Made by a program: the position numbers and the translations under genes | DNA from: Eledone cirrhosa | Taxonomy: Eukaryota | NCBI GenBank assembly: GCA_964016885.1 | Contig: OZ024740.1 | Location: 160,704,001-160,768,000 of the forward strand | Direction: 5' to 3' | Length of the DNA stretch: 64,000 nt | Notes under the pieces: generated by a model | What the model saw: only the letters and a program-made list of their open reading frames with translations | What the model was told of the DNA's origin: nothing | Database searches by the model: none | Part shown: piece by piece, positions 52,376 to 64,000 of the stretch | How positions within the stretch are numbered: position 1 is the first letter of the stretch | Layout: each line of letters opens with the position of its first letter

Positions 52376-52426
52376 AGTTTCAGAAGATCCTGTTAAGGGT
52401 GAAAGCAGCGATTCTTTGCTTAAACT
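52376..52426 (+). ncRNA. Degenerate hammerhead (related copy ~34773-34822)
   Basis: agttt-CAGAAGA-tcct gtta agggt-GAAA-gca..tgc-TT-aaact. Confidence 0.45.
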
Positions 52427-52442
52427 TTAATCTGTTATTTTA

Positions 52443-52473
<31 letters not shown>

Positions 52474-52867
52474 ATAATAATGATATGGACAAGGTGCCAA
52501 ATTTTCCTTACATTTCTTATGGTGTAATGTGGGTTTCGCAATTGGTCAGCTCAAGGTTTGATCTGTGTCGATCGGGCCCAAATCTGGGATCAAAAGCTCA
52601 TCAGACTTCTGTTAGAACACACACACACACACACATATATGAGTTGCCTCATCACTCATGTGCTTTTTCTTCAAAAATATTTGTTTCCATTCCTTTCTCT
52701 TTTTGCTCTCTATCTTTCTATTTTATTTTTTATTCCTTATTCTATCTTTTGATAAAGGACTTGCGTCCAAAACATCATGGCTCTTTTCCTCTTATATCAA
52801 GTATTAAACTAATCAATTTCTTTGTTGTACTGTATTGTTTTCTTTGTTGGTTACCTTTAACATATAT

Positions 52868-52907
<40 letters not shown>

Positions 52908-52911
<4 letters not shown>

Positions 52912-54690
52912 TCGACCAGGTCATGAAGGTCACGGAAAAAGTTATAGCGCAACTAATCAGAGAGAGAATTGATCTAGATGAAATGCAGTTTGGGTTTGTG
53001 TCAGGAAAAAGTACCACAGACGCTCTTTTCATTGTACGACAACTACAGGAGAAGTACCTAGCTAAAAGTAAACCCCTATACTTAGCTTTCGTCGACTTGG
53101 AGAAGGCCTTCGACAGAGTCCCCCGTTCCATTATCTGGTGGGCTCTTAGAAAACTAGGTGTTGATGAATGGCTTGTGAGAGCTATACAAGCCATGTATAA
53201 AGAAACAGTTAGCAAGGTTAGAATTAACAACGAATATAGTGAAGAGTTTAGTGTAAAAGTTGGTGTTCATCAGGGCTCTGTTCTCAGCCCCCTACTATTT
53301 ATTATTGCCCTCCAGGCTATAACAGTGGAGTTCAAGACCGGCTGCCCATGGGAACTCCTATACGCAGATGATCTAACGCTCATAGCTGAATCAATGGCCG
53401 AGCTAGAGAAGAAATTCCAAACATGGAAGCACGGCCTAGAATCAAAAGGCCTTAAAATTAACCTAGCTAAGACTAAAGTTCTAGTTTGTAAGAAAGAAAA
53501 TAAGGCGGCGGTCCCCTCCGGGAAGTGGCCATCGCAGAGTGTAGGAAAGGCGTAGGTAGAAATTCCATTTTGTGTCCCAAATGCAAAGTTTGGGTGCATA
53601 AAAGATGTAGTGGGATCACAGGTAAGCTAACTAAGAACATAGATTTTACATGTGGCCGGTGTTCTGGGGATATAAGTAGCAGCAAGTGCCCACAAAATAC
53701 TAGCTCTTTCAACTGCGCAGAGGGTTCTATAGAAATAGTGGACAGCTTCCGTTACCTGGGTGACAAAATCAGCAGTGGGGGAGGGTGCTCTGAAAGTACA
53801 GTAGCTAGAGTCAGAACTGGGTGGAAAAAGTTCAGAGAGCTTATACCACTATTAGCCGCTAAAGGGTTCTCCCTAAAAATGAAAGGCAGGCTGTATGATG
53901 CCTGCATACGAACAGCAATGTTGCATGGCAGTGAGACCTGGGCATTGTGTGCAGAGTATATACGCAGACTAGAGAGAAACGAAGCTTGCATGCTCCGCTG
54001 GATGTGTAATAGTAATATACGTGAACGACAAAGCATAAACGAACTAAGGAAAAAATTAGAAATAAGAGGGATCAGATGTTGTTTACTAGAGAGAAGGCTA
54101 CGTTGGTATGGTCATGTGATGCGCATGAAGGATGATAGCTGTATAACAAAGTGCAGGGCAATAAAGATAGACGGTAGCCACGGAATAGGCAGACCCAGAA
54201 AAACCTGGGACGAGCTGATAAACTCCGACCTCACACACTTACACCTCACCAAGACAATGTCACTGGACCGAGACCTTTGGCGGTACTCAGTAATAGAGAA
54301 AACCCGCCTTGCCAGTAGGCATCTCTAACAAAATACACCCCGTCCCACCACCACCACCCCCACCCCATCCACACCACCCCGTTCTATGTAAAGTTATGTT
54401 GGTGCCGCGCCATCCAGGCCGAAACAAATGAGATCGTGTAGGTGTCACGACAAAAAAACACACAGTCCCCGCTGTAATGTGGCCGTGTAGGCAACACGGT
54501 AAAAACCTCCCAGACCCACACTGTAAATGTGGTTGGTGTTAGGAAGGGCATCCAACTGTAGAAAATCTGCCAGACAGTCCTATGCGAGCAAGAAAATCAC
54601 TCCTGCCTCAAGTGGGACTACCCCCGTCCAAACCCATGCAAGCATGGAACACGGACGTTAAACGTTGATGATGATGAGGATGATGATGAT
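52908..54690 (+). mobile_element. 5'-truncated RTE LINE (family B) with composite 3' UTR
   Basis: ORFs 52923-53555 and 53525-54328 (one frameshift at the PHD start); (GAT)n tail; 5' end abuts (TA)n. Confidence 0.92.
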
Positions 54691-55089
54691 ATAATTTTGA
54701 AAAAAGTGAGTTGGCTAACAACATATGAATCAATAAAAAATATGTCCAAAGACAGGAAAATTAACAAATAGAGACAGTACTCCCATTTCATCAGTCGACC
54801 ACTAGAGGCACATTGTTTCGGTGCTTTAAGCTTGATACAACTGGCTCTAGTGCACAAGGGACAGTAACTAGTAGGCAAAGGATATATACTGTAGTAAATT
54901 TCATAAAAAATGTATATGCAAAGTTGGCAGACCACTCAATATGAGAAATAAGAGTTGTAAGATACAAATTGTGGTTAAATTTACATTTGCATCTGTTGAA
55001 CTTCACTGGGGAAGATTTTCAACATATTTGTTATGGATTTGTGGACATCCAAAACAAATATGTGGAACTGACCTGCTGCCAAAGATGTA

Positions 55090-55700
55090 ACTTCCCAAGT
55101 GTAATGCGCATATTGAATAGATGAAATTTTATATATATATTTTTTCTCTTTGCTGTCATCCCATTTTTATCAAAAGACATGTATCTTACATCTCATTAAC
55201 TCCACACACAAATTCATCTTTAATATAGAAAATTGTTGAAGTTATTCTTTATAAATTTAAGATAGTTGATTCAGCTATTAGAAAAGAATTTAAAAAACAT
55301 CTGGCCATTGTATTTTTATCCAACAATGGTCCTCTATTGAAATGGAACAAGCAGGAGGGCACTTTTACAACTCCTTTCTAAAACACTCCTTAAAAACCCC
55401 AACACTTCCCAACTCCACTTCCAATTATCTTGCTCTTACCATTCACTATTTTCTGTATATATAAATGCTTTAATTCCTTTAAATCTTCATCAATACTCCT
55501 TCACTCCCACACTCATTACCCCCGCCCTCCCAACACACTCAAATCTCTTATATATAGAGTCACACATCACAACACATCCTGTGATCAGTTTGATAATGCG
55601 AGAAAGTTCTCCAGGAAAGATAACCAGGAATCTTTAAAAAATCTCCCTATTGAAGTTAACAAAGAACTTGCTAGATCTACAAAACCAAAATTGTAAAATT
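55090..55700 (+). mobile_element. Possible highly decayed PLE RT thumb relic
   Basis: HSHTHYP..LKSLIYRV resembles the PLE thumb; weak match. Confidence 0.35.
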
Positions 55701-55933
55701 ATATTATAAAATAAAATTAAATTGTTTAGAACTACAAGTGAAATCATTCTTTTCCTTTTTTTAAATAAATAAATATATATATATATATATATATATTAGA
55801 AAGTGAGGGTTTTTTTACAAAATGAAAAATAACCGAGGTATCCTACATGAGTGAAAGTATAAAGAAAAAAAGATGAAATCGAAAATGCAACTGGAGTCTT
55901 ATTTAAAAAAAGATATATATATTTATTTGGTTC

Positions 55934-55971
55934 CTTTACCGGTTTCGCAGTTCTTCTGCTTTTCAAAAGTA
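55934..55971 (-). ncRNA. Degenerate minimal hammerhead
   Basis: ctt-TTGAAAA-gcag aagaa ctgc-GAAA-ccgg-TA-aag; stems intact, two core substitutions. Confidence 0.55.
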
Positions 55972-56009
55972 GAGTTGAGATGGAAGGTCTGTGGTTTTTC
56001 TCACATCTT

Positions 56010-56041
<32 letters not shown>

Positions 56042-56335
56042 GTAATAATAATAAATTTGAAGACTGAAATCCATACATACATACACGTATGTGGTTGACA
56101 GCTGAGAGAAAAGAATCCTCAATACTGAAGTAAAATTTAAATATTCATTTTATTAAGTACTGTCTCTATTATTGAATGTTAGTTTTTGACTGATGACCCT
56201 CTGATAAATATGACTCACTATTTAACCTTAATAAAAGAATATATATATATATATATATAATGTAATATGATTATATATATATATATATATATAATGTAAT
56301 ATGATGATATATATAATTAAAATATATATATATAT

Positions 56336-56920
56336 CATCATCATCATCATCACCGTTTTACGTCCATTCTTCCAATCTCATGGGTTAGACAGGTTGTCCT
56401 GTTGTGGTCAGTGTCTGGTCGGCTGACCATGCCTTGCTCATACAGGAACTGTGTCATCGCCTTGGAGAGGTGTAATTGGGTAAGGTTGGCTTTTATCACC
56501 TCACCCCAGGTCATCTTGGGTCTCCCCACTCCGTAGTTTCCATCGACTTCTAGTGCTCTGCACCTTTTTATGCAGCTGTCATCCTTCATACGCATCACAT
56601 GTCCATACCAACGCAACCGCCTCTCCTGCACACAGCATTTGATTCCTCTTATGCTCAGTCTCTCTCTCAATTCATTTATGCTTTGTCGGTTGCGTATATT
56701 ACTATTACACATCCATCGGAGCATGCAGGCTTCGTTTCTCTCTAATTTACGTAAGTCTTCCACCTTCAGTGCCCAGGTCTCACTACCATGTAACATTGCT
56801 GTTCGGTTACACGCATCATACAGTCTGCCTTTCATTTTGAGGGAGAAGCCTTTTGCAGCTAGCAGTGACAGTAGTTCCCTGAACTTCTTCCATCCCGTTC
56901 TTACCCTAGTTATTGTACTT
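56336..56920 (-). mobile_element. 5'-truncated RTE (family B-like), minus strand
   Basis: RVRTGWKKFREL..LRWYGHVMRMKDD on the minus strand; (ATC)n tail at the left end. Confidence 0.9.
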
Positions 56921-56930
56921 ATATATGTAT

Positions 56931-57887
56931 ATAAATTCTGGCTATGGAAACAGCAGTTGCAAGCAAGAGGACTGAGAGTGAACCTAGCTAATACAAAAGT
57001 GTTGATGAGTAGAAAAGAGGACAAAACTCTGATTCTGTCATGGAAATGGCCATGTTCGATATGCAGAAAAGGAACTGGCATATATTCTATAAAATGCACA
57101 CAATGCAGATCCTGGGTACACAAGAGATGTAGCGGGATACCAGGCAAACTAACAGGTAGGGAGAAATATCTATGCAGTAGATGTACAGGGAAATTAGACA
57201 GTAGAAGTTGCATTGATAGACACATTTTTCAAATGCAGGAGGGCGCTATAGAAGTGGTGGATAGCTTCCGGTACCTAGGAGATCAGATTAGCATGGGAGG
57301 AGAGTGTTCCGAGGCCATAGTATCTAGAATAAGGACGAGTTGGAAGAAGTTTAGGAAGCTGCTTCCTCTGCTGATAAAGAAGGGTTTCTCCCTGCGTACG
57401 AAAGGCCGGTTGTATGATGCCTGTGTGAGGAGCGCGATGCTGCATGGTAGTGAGACATGGGCAGCAACTGCAGAGGATATGCGACGTCTGGAGAGAAATG
57501 AGGCAAGCATGCTCCATTGGATGTGCAGTGTAAATGTGCATGAACGAACCAGCATAAATGTGTTGAGAGAGAAACTGTGTCTGAGAGGGATAGAATGTAG
57601 TGTACGGGAGAGGAGACTGAGGTGGTATGGACATGTGATGCGCATGGAGGATGACCGATGGGTGAAGAAGTGCCAGGAAATGCCAGTTGAAGGAAGACGT
57701 GGTAGAGGTAGACCACGAAAAACATGGGCGGAGGTGGTGAGAACAGACCTCAGATCATTGAAGCTCACGATGGAGATGACGAAGGACCGTGACGAGTAGA
57801 GAGATGCTGTGCTGAATAAGACCCGTCCCACCCTTGCAAGCAGGGAAAAGCGGACGTAAAATGATGATGATGATGATGATGATGATG
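56931..57887 (+). mobile_element. 5'-truncated RTE (family A)
   Basis: Closely similar to ~39199-40154; premature TAG near 57797; (GAT)n tail. Confidence 0.92.
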
Positions 57888-57995
57888 TGTAACATATATG
57901 TATATATATCAAAGGTATACTCAAAGGTATAACTCAAAATAGTCTCTTACAATAAAATAGCTCTAGGAAAGAGATTTTTCCGAGCCATATATTAT

Positions 57996-58060
<65 letters not shown>

Positions 58061-58098
58061 AGGAAGTTATAGTTCACTTGAAGCATTGTGTAATGAGG

Positions 58099-58453
58099 TA
58101 TAAACGTTTGAATTTGTAAAGCCAAACAATGCAGGTATGGACATAGAATAAAATGCAAATGCAAAAGATGTTGTTGACAATTAGTCTTTTACCTGAGATT
58201 TATTTAAATGTCCTTAATTTTGGAGATAATATCTCTTCTTTGGAGGGAAGTAAAGCGGTTAAACCAGTGTTCTAAATAGCTTGCCAAGTGTAATGACTTT
58301 ACTTCCCTCCGAAGAAGAGATATTATCTCGAAAATTAAGGACATTTAAATAAATCTCAGGTAAAAGACTAATTGTCAACAATATCTTTTGCATTTGCATT
58401 TTATTCTATGTACATACCTGCATTGTTTGGCTTTACAAATTCAAACGTTTATA
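58099..58453. mobile_element. Foldback element/MITE: ~157-bp inverted arms with a 41-bp spacer
   Basis: 58099-58255 is the near-exact reverse complement of 58297-58453; TA at both ends. Confidence 0.85.
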
Positions 58454-60865
58454 TATATATATATGTATATATGTATGTATATATGTGTATATATATATAT
58501 ATACATATATGTATACATATATGTATACATACGTGTGTGTGTGTGTATAATCAGATACATATATGTGTGTTTTAAGCATGCAACATAGTCAAATGTTTAA
58601 AACATGCACTTTACAATCATGAGGTTGCATGTTCAATCCCACCACAAGGCCTCTTGTGCAGGCTCACAACTTCAAGAAGAACACTCCAAGAGTAGATTCA
58701 TAATCTTACATGACAAAATGAGGAGGATCTTTGGCTGATCTACATCAACAATTATATATATATTTGGGAATATGTATTTGCTTATGGTATTTGTTCTACT
58801 TGAATTGTACTAGTCACAATCCTCATCATAAATCCAATGAACAAGTGATTGGCCAGTTGTAAAGCTGTAACCAATGACATTGTTGTAAAAAAAATGTTAT
58901 ATATAATACTATAAAGAAATTACCAGTCAGCATGGATATAAATAAGTGTAAACACGTTCCATCTAAAAAAGTATCTGTATGAACTTGCAAAATACTGTTT
59001 TAATTGCTATATTTAAACGTCTTCCATTGCTACCTCTCATTCTTAGTAAATCTTTCCCCTATCTACACAATGTCTTCTCTTGTTGTCAACTACATGTACA
59101 TGATACACAGTCATACATATGCAGATATTCACACACGCAACCATATACATTTGCACACCCACACATGCATGTGCATATATCCTTTCACACCCAGAGACAC
59201 AGGCATCTACATGCATGTAAATATACATTCACACACAGCAACAGTGGTGCACACATACATGTACACATATACATTTATACAAATAGACACAGGCTCATAC
59301 AAGTATGTGCGCATACATATTCACAGACACACAGAGGCATATACATGCATGTGCACATATATATTCACTCACATAAACGTTTACACTCATAATGAAGCAC
59401 ACACACAGAAACATATGCACAAATACATTCACAACACACGTTCAGAAAGCAACAGAAGCAGCATGATTTTTTTGTTATAACTTAATCCTTAAATATCATC
59501 TCAACCTTTCAACACAGCTACAGACAAAGTTCGATTGGTACTGGCAGATTAGTTGATATCTGGCTGAAATGCTATCTGACCCACGACCCACCTCACCATT
59601 TTTACAGAAGATATTGGCTGTTGATAAATGCTGGGATTGGAAGAATAGAGAATATTTATACAAGTTCCTGAAATGTCAAAGCACTACTAATGGACATCAT
59701 ATATCTGTTTAAAATTGAAGATTATTATTATTGTTATTATTAGGTAGCGGTGATGTGGTGCTTTCTTATTTAATGTTACTGATGCTTTGTTTATTTATTA
59801 TTTATTTATTATTGTTATTATTATTTTTGCTGTTATTGATTTTGGTAATAAGATTCTTAATAACAATTAATACTAATATGGATTTCTGAGTTCAAATCCT
59901 GCCAAAGTCAACTTAGTATATTTCCTCCTTCAAAGGTTATTGTAATCATCATTATTTTTTATGTCTGCTTTTCTATGCCGGTATGGATTGGATCAATTCT
60001 TTATGAGGTAGTGTTCTGTGGCTGGAGATCTTTCCTAATGTCAACCATTACTTATTTCTTTTTAAGTAAAATACTGATTTTTACCTGTTATACAGTTGAA
60101 ATATGTGGAATATTGCTTAAACAAGACCTAAACATATGTTACTGCTCTGGCCCTTTAGGAGACTCTGCTCTATTTGCAAACATTCAAGCCAGGTCTCCAG
60201 TTTGAGGATATCTTACTAGTTCTCTCCCTCCTGCAAGTCTCAGAGGCTCTGAAAAAGATAATACACACTACCTTTCCTTCCCTGACTAAACAGTAAAAAT
60301 AAAACAGGGTAAAATGAAAGGTAAAAGCATACAGAGACAACCCCCTACACATACACATGATGAGCTTCTCCACAGTTTCTGTGTATCTAATTCCATTAGC
60401 TAATGCACAATGTGCCATGGAATGGGATAGAACATGAAACCAGATGATCATGAAGTGATACAGCCATGCCTGCAGCTAGAAGTAATAAATATTAGTCAAA
60501 CACTAGAACCAAATTCACTAAAAATCTTTATTAACTCTTAACTTTCTCAGAAGACGGCATTACCAAGATTCTTGAGAATTTTAAATTAGCTCTATAACTG
60601 CATCACACTAAAAACTGATATCTTTGCTTTGGTGATTTGTCCACTAGTAAAGATAATATAAAAGGTGATGAATTGGTAGAGTCATTAGAACATCAGATAG
60701 AATGCTTTGTGGTATTTGTTCTGGCGCTCTTCTCTCTGAGTTCAAATACTGCCAAGATCAACTTTCTTTTTCATCCTTTTGAGGTCGGAAAAAAAAACCC
60801 AGTCAAGTAGAGGGATTGATTCTTCCTCTATATCTCTTTCTCACTTCCATTATCTCACTATCCAA

Positions 60866-61095
60866 GGGCGGTGGATTGGCAGAGTCGGACGCCATGCTTT
60901 CCAGCATAGTTATGTCCCTTTATGGTCTGAGTTCAAATCCCGCCGAGGTTAACTTTGCCTTTCATCCTTACGGGGTCGATAAAATAAAGCACCAGTAATG
61001 TACTGGGTAATTGCTGGCCTTGTGCCAAAAGTAGAAATAATTATTTATCCTTTCGGGGTCGATAAAATAAAGTACCAGTAATACACTGGAACAAT
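60866..61095 (+). mobile_element. SINE family 1 (duplicated 3' part)
   Basis: Family match; TSD attatctcactatcca. Confidence 0.85.
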
Positions 61096-61679
61096 TATCT
61101 CACTATCCATACTTCTCTGGAAGAAATCTGTTGTATTCAGACCTGGAGAGGGATGGGCTCCACCAGGCTTAAAATACCATAGAAATGCTGTATGTCACTA
61201 CAATGCCACTGCCACTCCACCATAAATTATGGGTTCCTGCATGCAAAGATACTATAAACGTTTGAATTAATAAACCAAATGAAATCTCATTACCAAGACA
61301 TGAAAAGTATAAAACCTCTCTATAACTGAATCCCATTAAAAATTAAAGTCTTTACTTTATTTTATTGCAAATTTTCACAACTATCTCTTCCCCAGAAACG
61401 ATAAACATTTGAATTTAGAAATCCATTATAAATATTTTCTTAATCATTATAGGATGTTTAGAATTAACATTTTACAGAAATGGCAGAAAGCCAGGTCTTT
61501 TTTGTGACCAATGCCATTTTCTTGGGATTAGAAAAAAACAGAGAGCTTTTTTCACACAAGTTTTTGAAATGTCAACTGGCTATTATTAAACATCATCTGT
61601 TTGAAATTGAATATTATTGTTGTTGCTATTGATGGTGAGGTAGAAATAATGGTGCTGATTTAATATTTGTTACTGATGT

Positions 61680-61990
61680 AGGCACATTGGCTTTGCAATC
61701 AAAAGGTTGTGAGTTCAATTCTCAGACCGGGTGATGTGTTGTTTCCTTGAGCAAGACACTTTATTTCACATTGCTCCAGTTTACTTAGCTGTAGAAATGA
61801 GATGATAGGGACTGTAAAGTGGTCGTAGAGGTGCCACGGCAAAAAAGCACCCAGCACTCACTGTAAATGAGGTTGTTGTTAGGAAGGGCATCCAGCTATA
61901 GAAATCAAGCCAGAATCAGTTCCCGTCCCACCCTTGCAAGCAGGGAAAAGCGGACGTAAAATGATGATGATGATGATGATGGTGATGATG
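61680..61990 (+). mobile_element. SINE family 2
   Basis: 3' end cccgtcccacccttgcaagcagggaaaagcggacgtaaaatgatg is identical to the RTE-A copy end at 57822-57866. Confidence 0.88.
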
Positions 61991-62176
61991 TACACTGTAA
62001 ATGTAGTTGGTGTTAGGAAGGGCATCCAGCTGTAAAATACACAGCTAAATTTACAGTCCTCACAGGAGCAAGGTGCAACATGGCCAACTCTGGCCACACT
62101 TTCCTCCCAGTATGGACGACAACTCTAACCCATGCAAGCATGGAAAAATGGATGCTAAACGATGAAGATGAGGATG

Positions 62177-62230
<54 letters not shown>

Positions 62231-63079
62231 TACTCATGGTTTAGTAATAAAATTTTAACAATTTCTCAGTTCAAATACTGCTGTGGTCAAAGCATTTTCC
62301 ATTCTAACAAGGGTTGGATGAGACATTTCTGATTCAGTGTTCTATGGCTGGATACCAATGACTACTTGCATCTTTTCTTTTTTAGAAATCTACTGATCTT
62401 CACACATTGGGCTGTGTGAGATATCGTTTATGCAGGACATAAACAAACGTGACCTGTGTAGTCAATATGAAATTTAAAGTAAAGACATACAGTGTGAAAT
62501 ACACACCCACACATCACACACACAAATATATATATCTATATAAATGTAAGTATGCATACATACACGCATATATACACACATATATATATATATATCAGTA
62601 GGCACGTCTTAATCCACTATACCCCCTTCCATACACCTCTAGACAACCCTCCCACTTCTGTTCACACCACCCTTACACTGTAAAGTTATGTCAGTATCAC
62701 AAAAACATCCAACCCACACTGTAGAGTGGTCATGTAGAAGTCATGACAAAAAGCGCCCAACACACACTGTAAATGTGGTTGGCATTGCATAGGGCATCCA
62801 GCCATAGAAATCTAGCCAGAAAGAGTCCTATATGAGCAAGACAGTCACTTTATCCAACTTGCCTCAAATGGGACAACCCCCTCTAACCCATGCTACCATG
62901 GAAAATGGTTGTTAAACGATGATGATGATATATATATATATATAATAATAAGGATTGATGGACCCAGCATATTTATCAATGCTAGTACCGGTTGTATCTC
63001 AGCGCACTCCATGGGCAATGTAAGATACATTCCCAGAGTATAGCCAGTTATTTGATGTAAAACGGGTGCCTATAAGGTT

Positions 63080-63190
63080 CCCGTACTCGAGTTTCTGCTG
63101 CACTAATGCAGCAGTAAGGTGCACTGCACCATCTGTCTGCATATATTGTGCAACAATGCACAAAAGGCTTATGCAGCTTCATTAGTGGGT
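63080..63190 (-). ncRNA. Hammerhead-like motif with expanded stem II (core CUAAUGA)
   Basis: ccca-CTAATGA-a gctgca...tgcagc a-GAAA-ctcgag-TA-cggg; palindromic stem III ACTCGAGT. Confidence 0.6.
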
Positions 63191-63200
63191 ATTGCCTAAT

Positions 63201-63258
<58 letters not shown>

Positions 63259-63492
63259 TATATATATATATAAGAGATGGCAACATGAATGGACCTGTTA
63301 TTTTTCTCTTAAAACATTTTTTTCCAATTCCATTCTACCCGTCCCTTCAAACTTTCTAATTTCTTATTCTTTATTTGATGGATTAGCGTCTGAAACGTTA
63401 CGACCTTCTTCCTGCTATTTAAAGCTTTAACCTTCCATATACTCTACCGATTGTGTTGTTATTTCTGTTTACCCTTTACATATATATATATG

Positions 63493-64000
63493 CAAGGTGT
63501 ATCAGAAAAGTTCCAGGACTGATGTCACAAAAGATTTATTTCAAACCCATACTTCACACTAAGAGTTTTCTCCTTCAAAGTAATCCCACTGGAGTAAGTA
63601 ACTGTACTCTTAGCTCTCTGCAGCGATCAAACTTTTTTCTTCTTAATTTTATATACATGTCCTCTGTTTCAGGTCGTCAAGCAATGAGCACAGAGCAATG
63701 AACAAACTTGAAAACTGGGATTGCTGCAGCAAGTGTATGGAGATGAGACGATGTCATGCTCACATGGTTTTGAGTGGTGCAAGAGGTTTAAAGAAGGACG
63801 CGAGGATGTGGAAGATGACCCCAGGAGCGGAAGGCCCTCAAGAACCAGGACTGAGGTCAACGTTGAGCGCATCAGGCAGATGGTGCATAGTGATTGTCGG
63901 CTGACTGTTCGACTAATGGAAAATGAGCTGGGCATGAATCGGGACAGCGTCTGGAAGATTCTCACTGAAGATTTGGACATGCGGAAAGTCTGCACGAAGA
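63493..64000 (+). mobile_element. Mariner transposon 5' end (TIR + decayed transposase HTH), running off the window
   Basis: TIR-like caaggtgtatcagaaaagttcc after (TA)n; VYGDETMS..FEWCKRFKEGREDVEDDPRSGRPS..LTVR..ILTEDLDMRKVC. Confidence 0.88.

Noticed and set aside
52520-52610. Minus-strand CTGATGA...GAAAC with a long stem II
   Set aside because: I could not find stem III or a stem I partner; kept only as a weak hint
56350-57799. 291-aa and 409-aa ORFs as novel genes
   Set aside because: Artefacts of the head-to-head RTE junction; half of each ORF is antisense RT

Overview
AT-rich, microsatellite-dense animal DNA. The repeat complement (RTE LINEs with (GAT)n tails, their partner tRNA-SINEs, (TA)n tracts) suggests an octopus or other coleoid cephalopod; this is inference. 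I found one host coding exon: 123 bp of a GT7 beta-1,4-Gal/GalNAc-transferase (WGWGAEDDD motif, 50043-50165, +), so much of the window is probably intron. The rest is transposable elements. These include an intact single-ORF RTE LINE (1038 aa, with a PHD-type zinc finger inside the RT) that split an older Penelope-like element (PLE); a near full-length decayed L1/Tx1 element interrupted by a solo LTR; truncated RTE copies of two families, including a back-to-back chimera; CRE-clade, PLE and mariner relics; MITEs; and two SINE families. The most notable unannotated layer is RNA structure: one near-complete minimal hammerhead ribozyme, several degenerate ones (some with an unusually expanded stem II), and a candidate pseudoknotted leader on an RTE-related element. 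All structures and boundaries were read by eye; boundaries of decayed elements are approximate.
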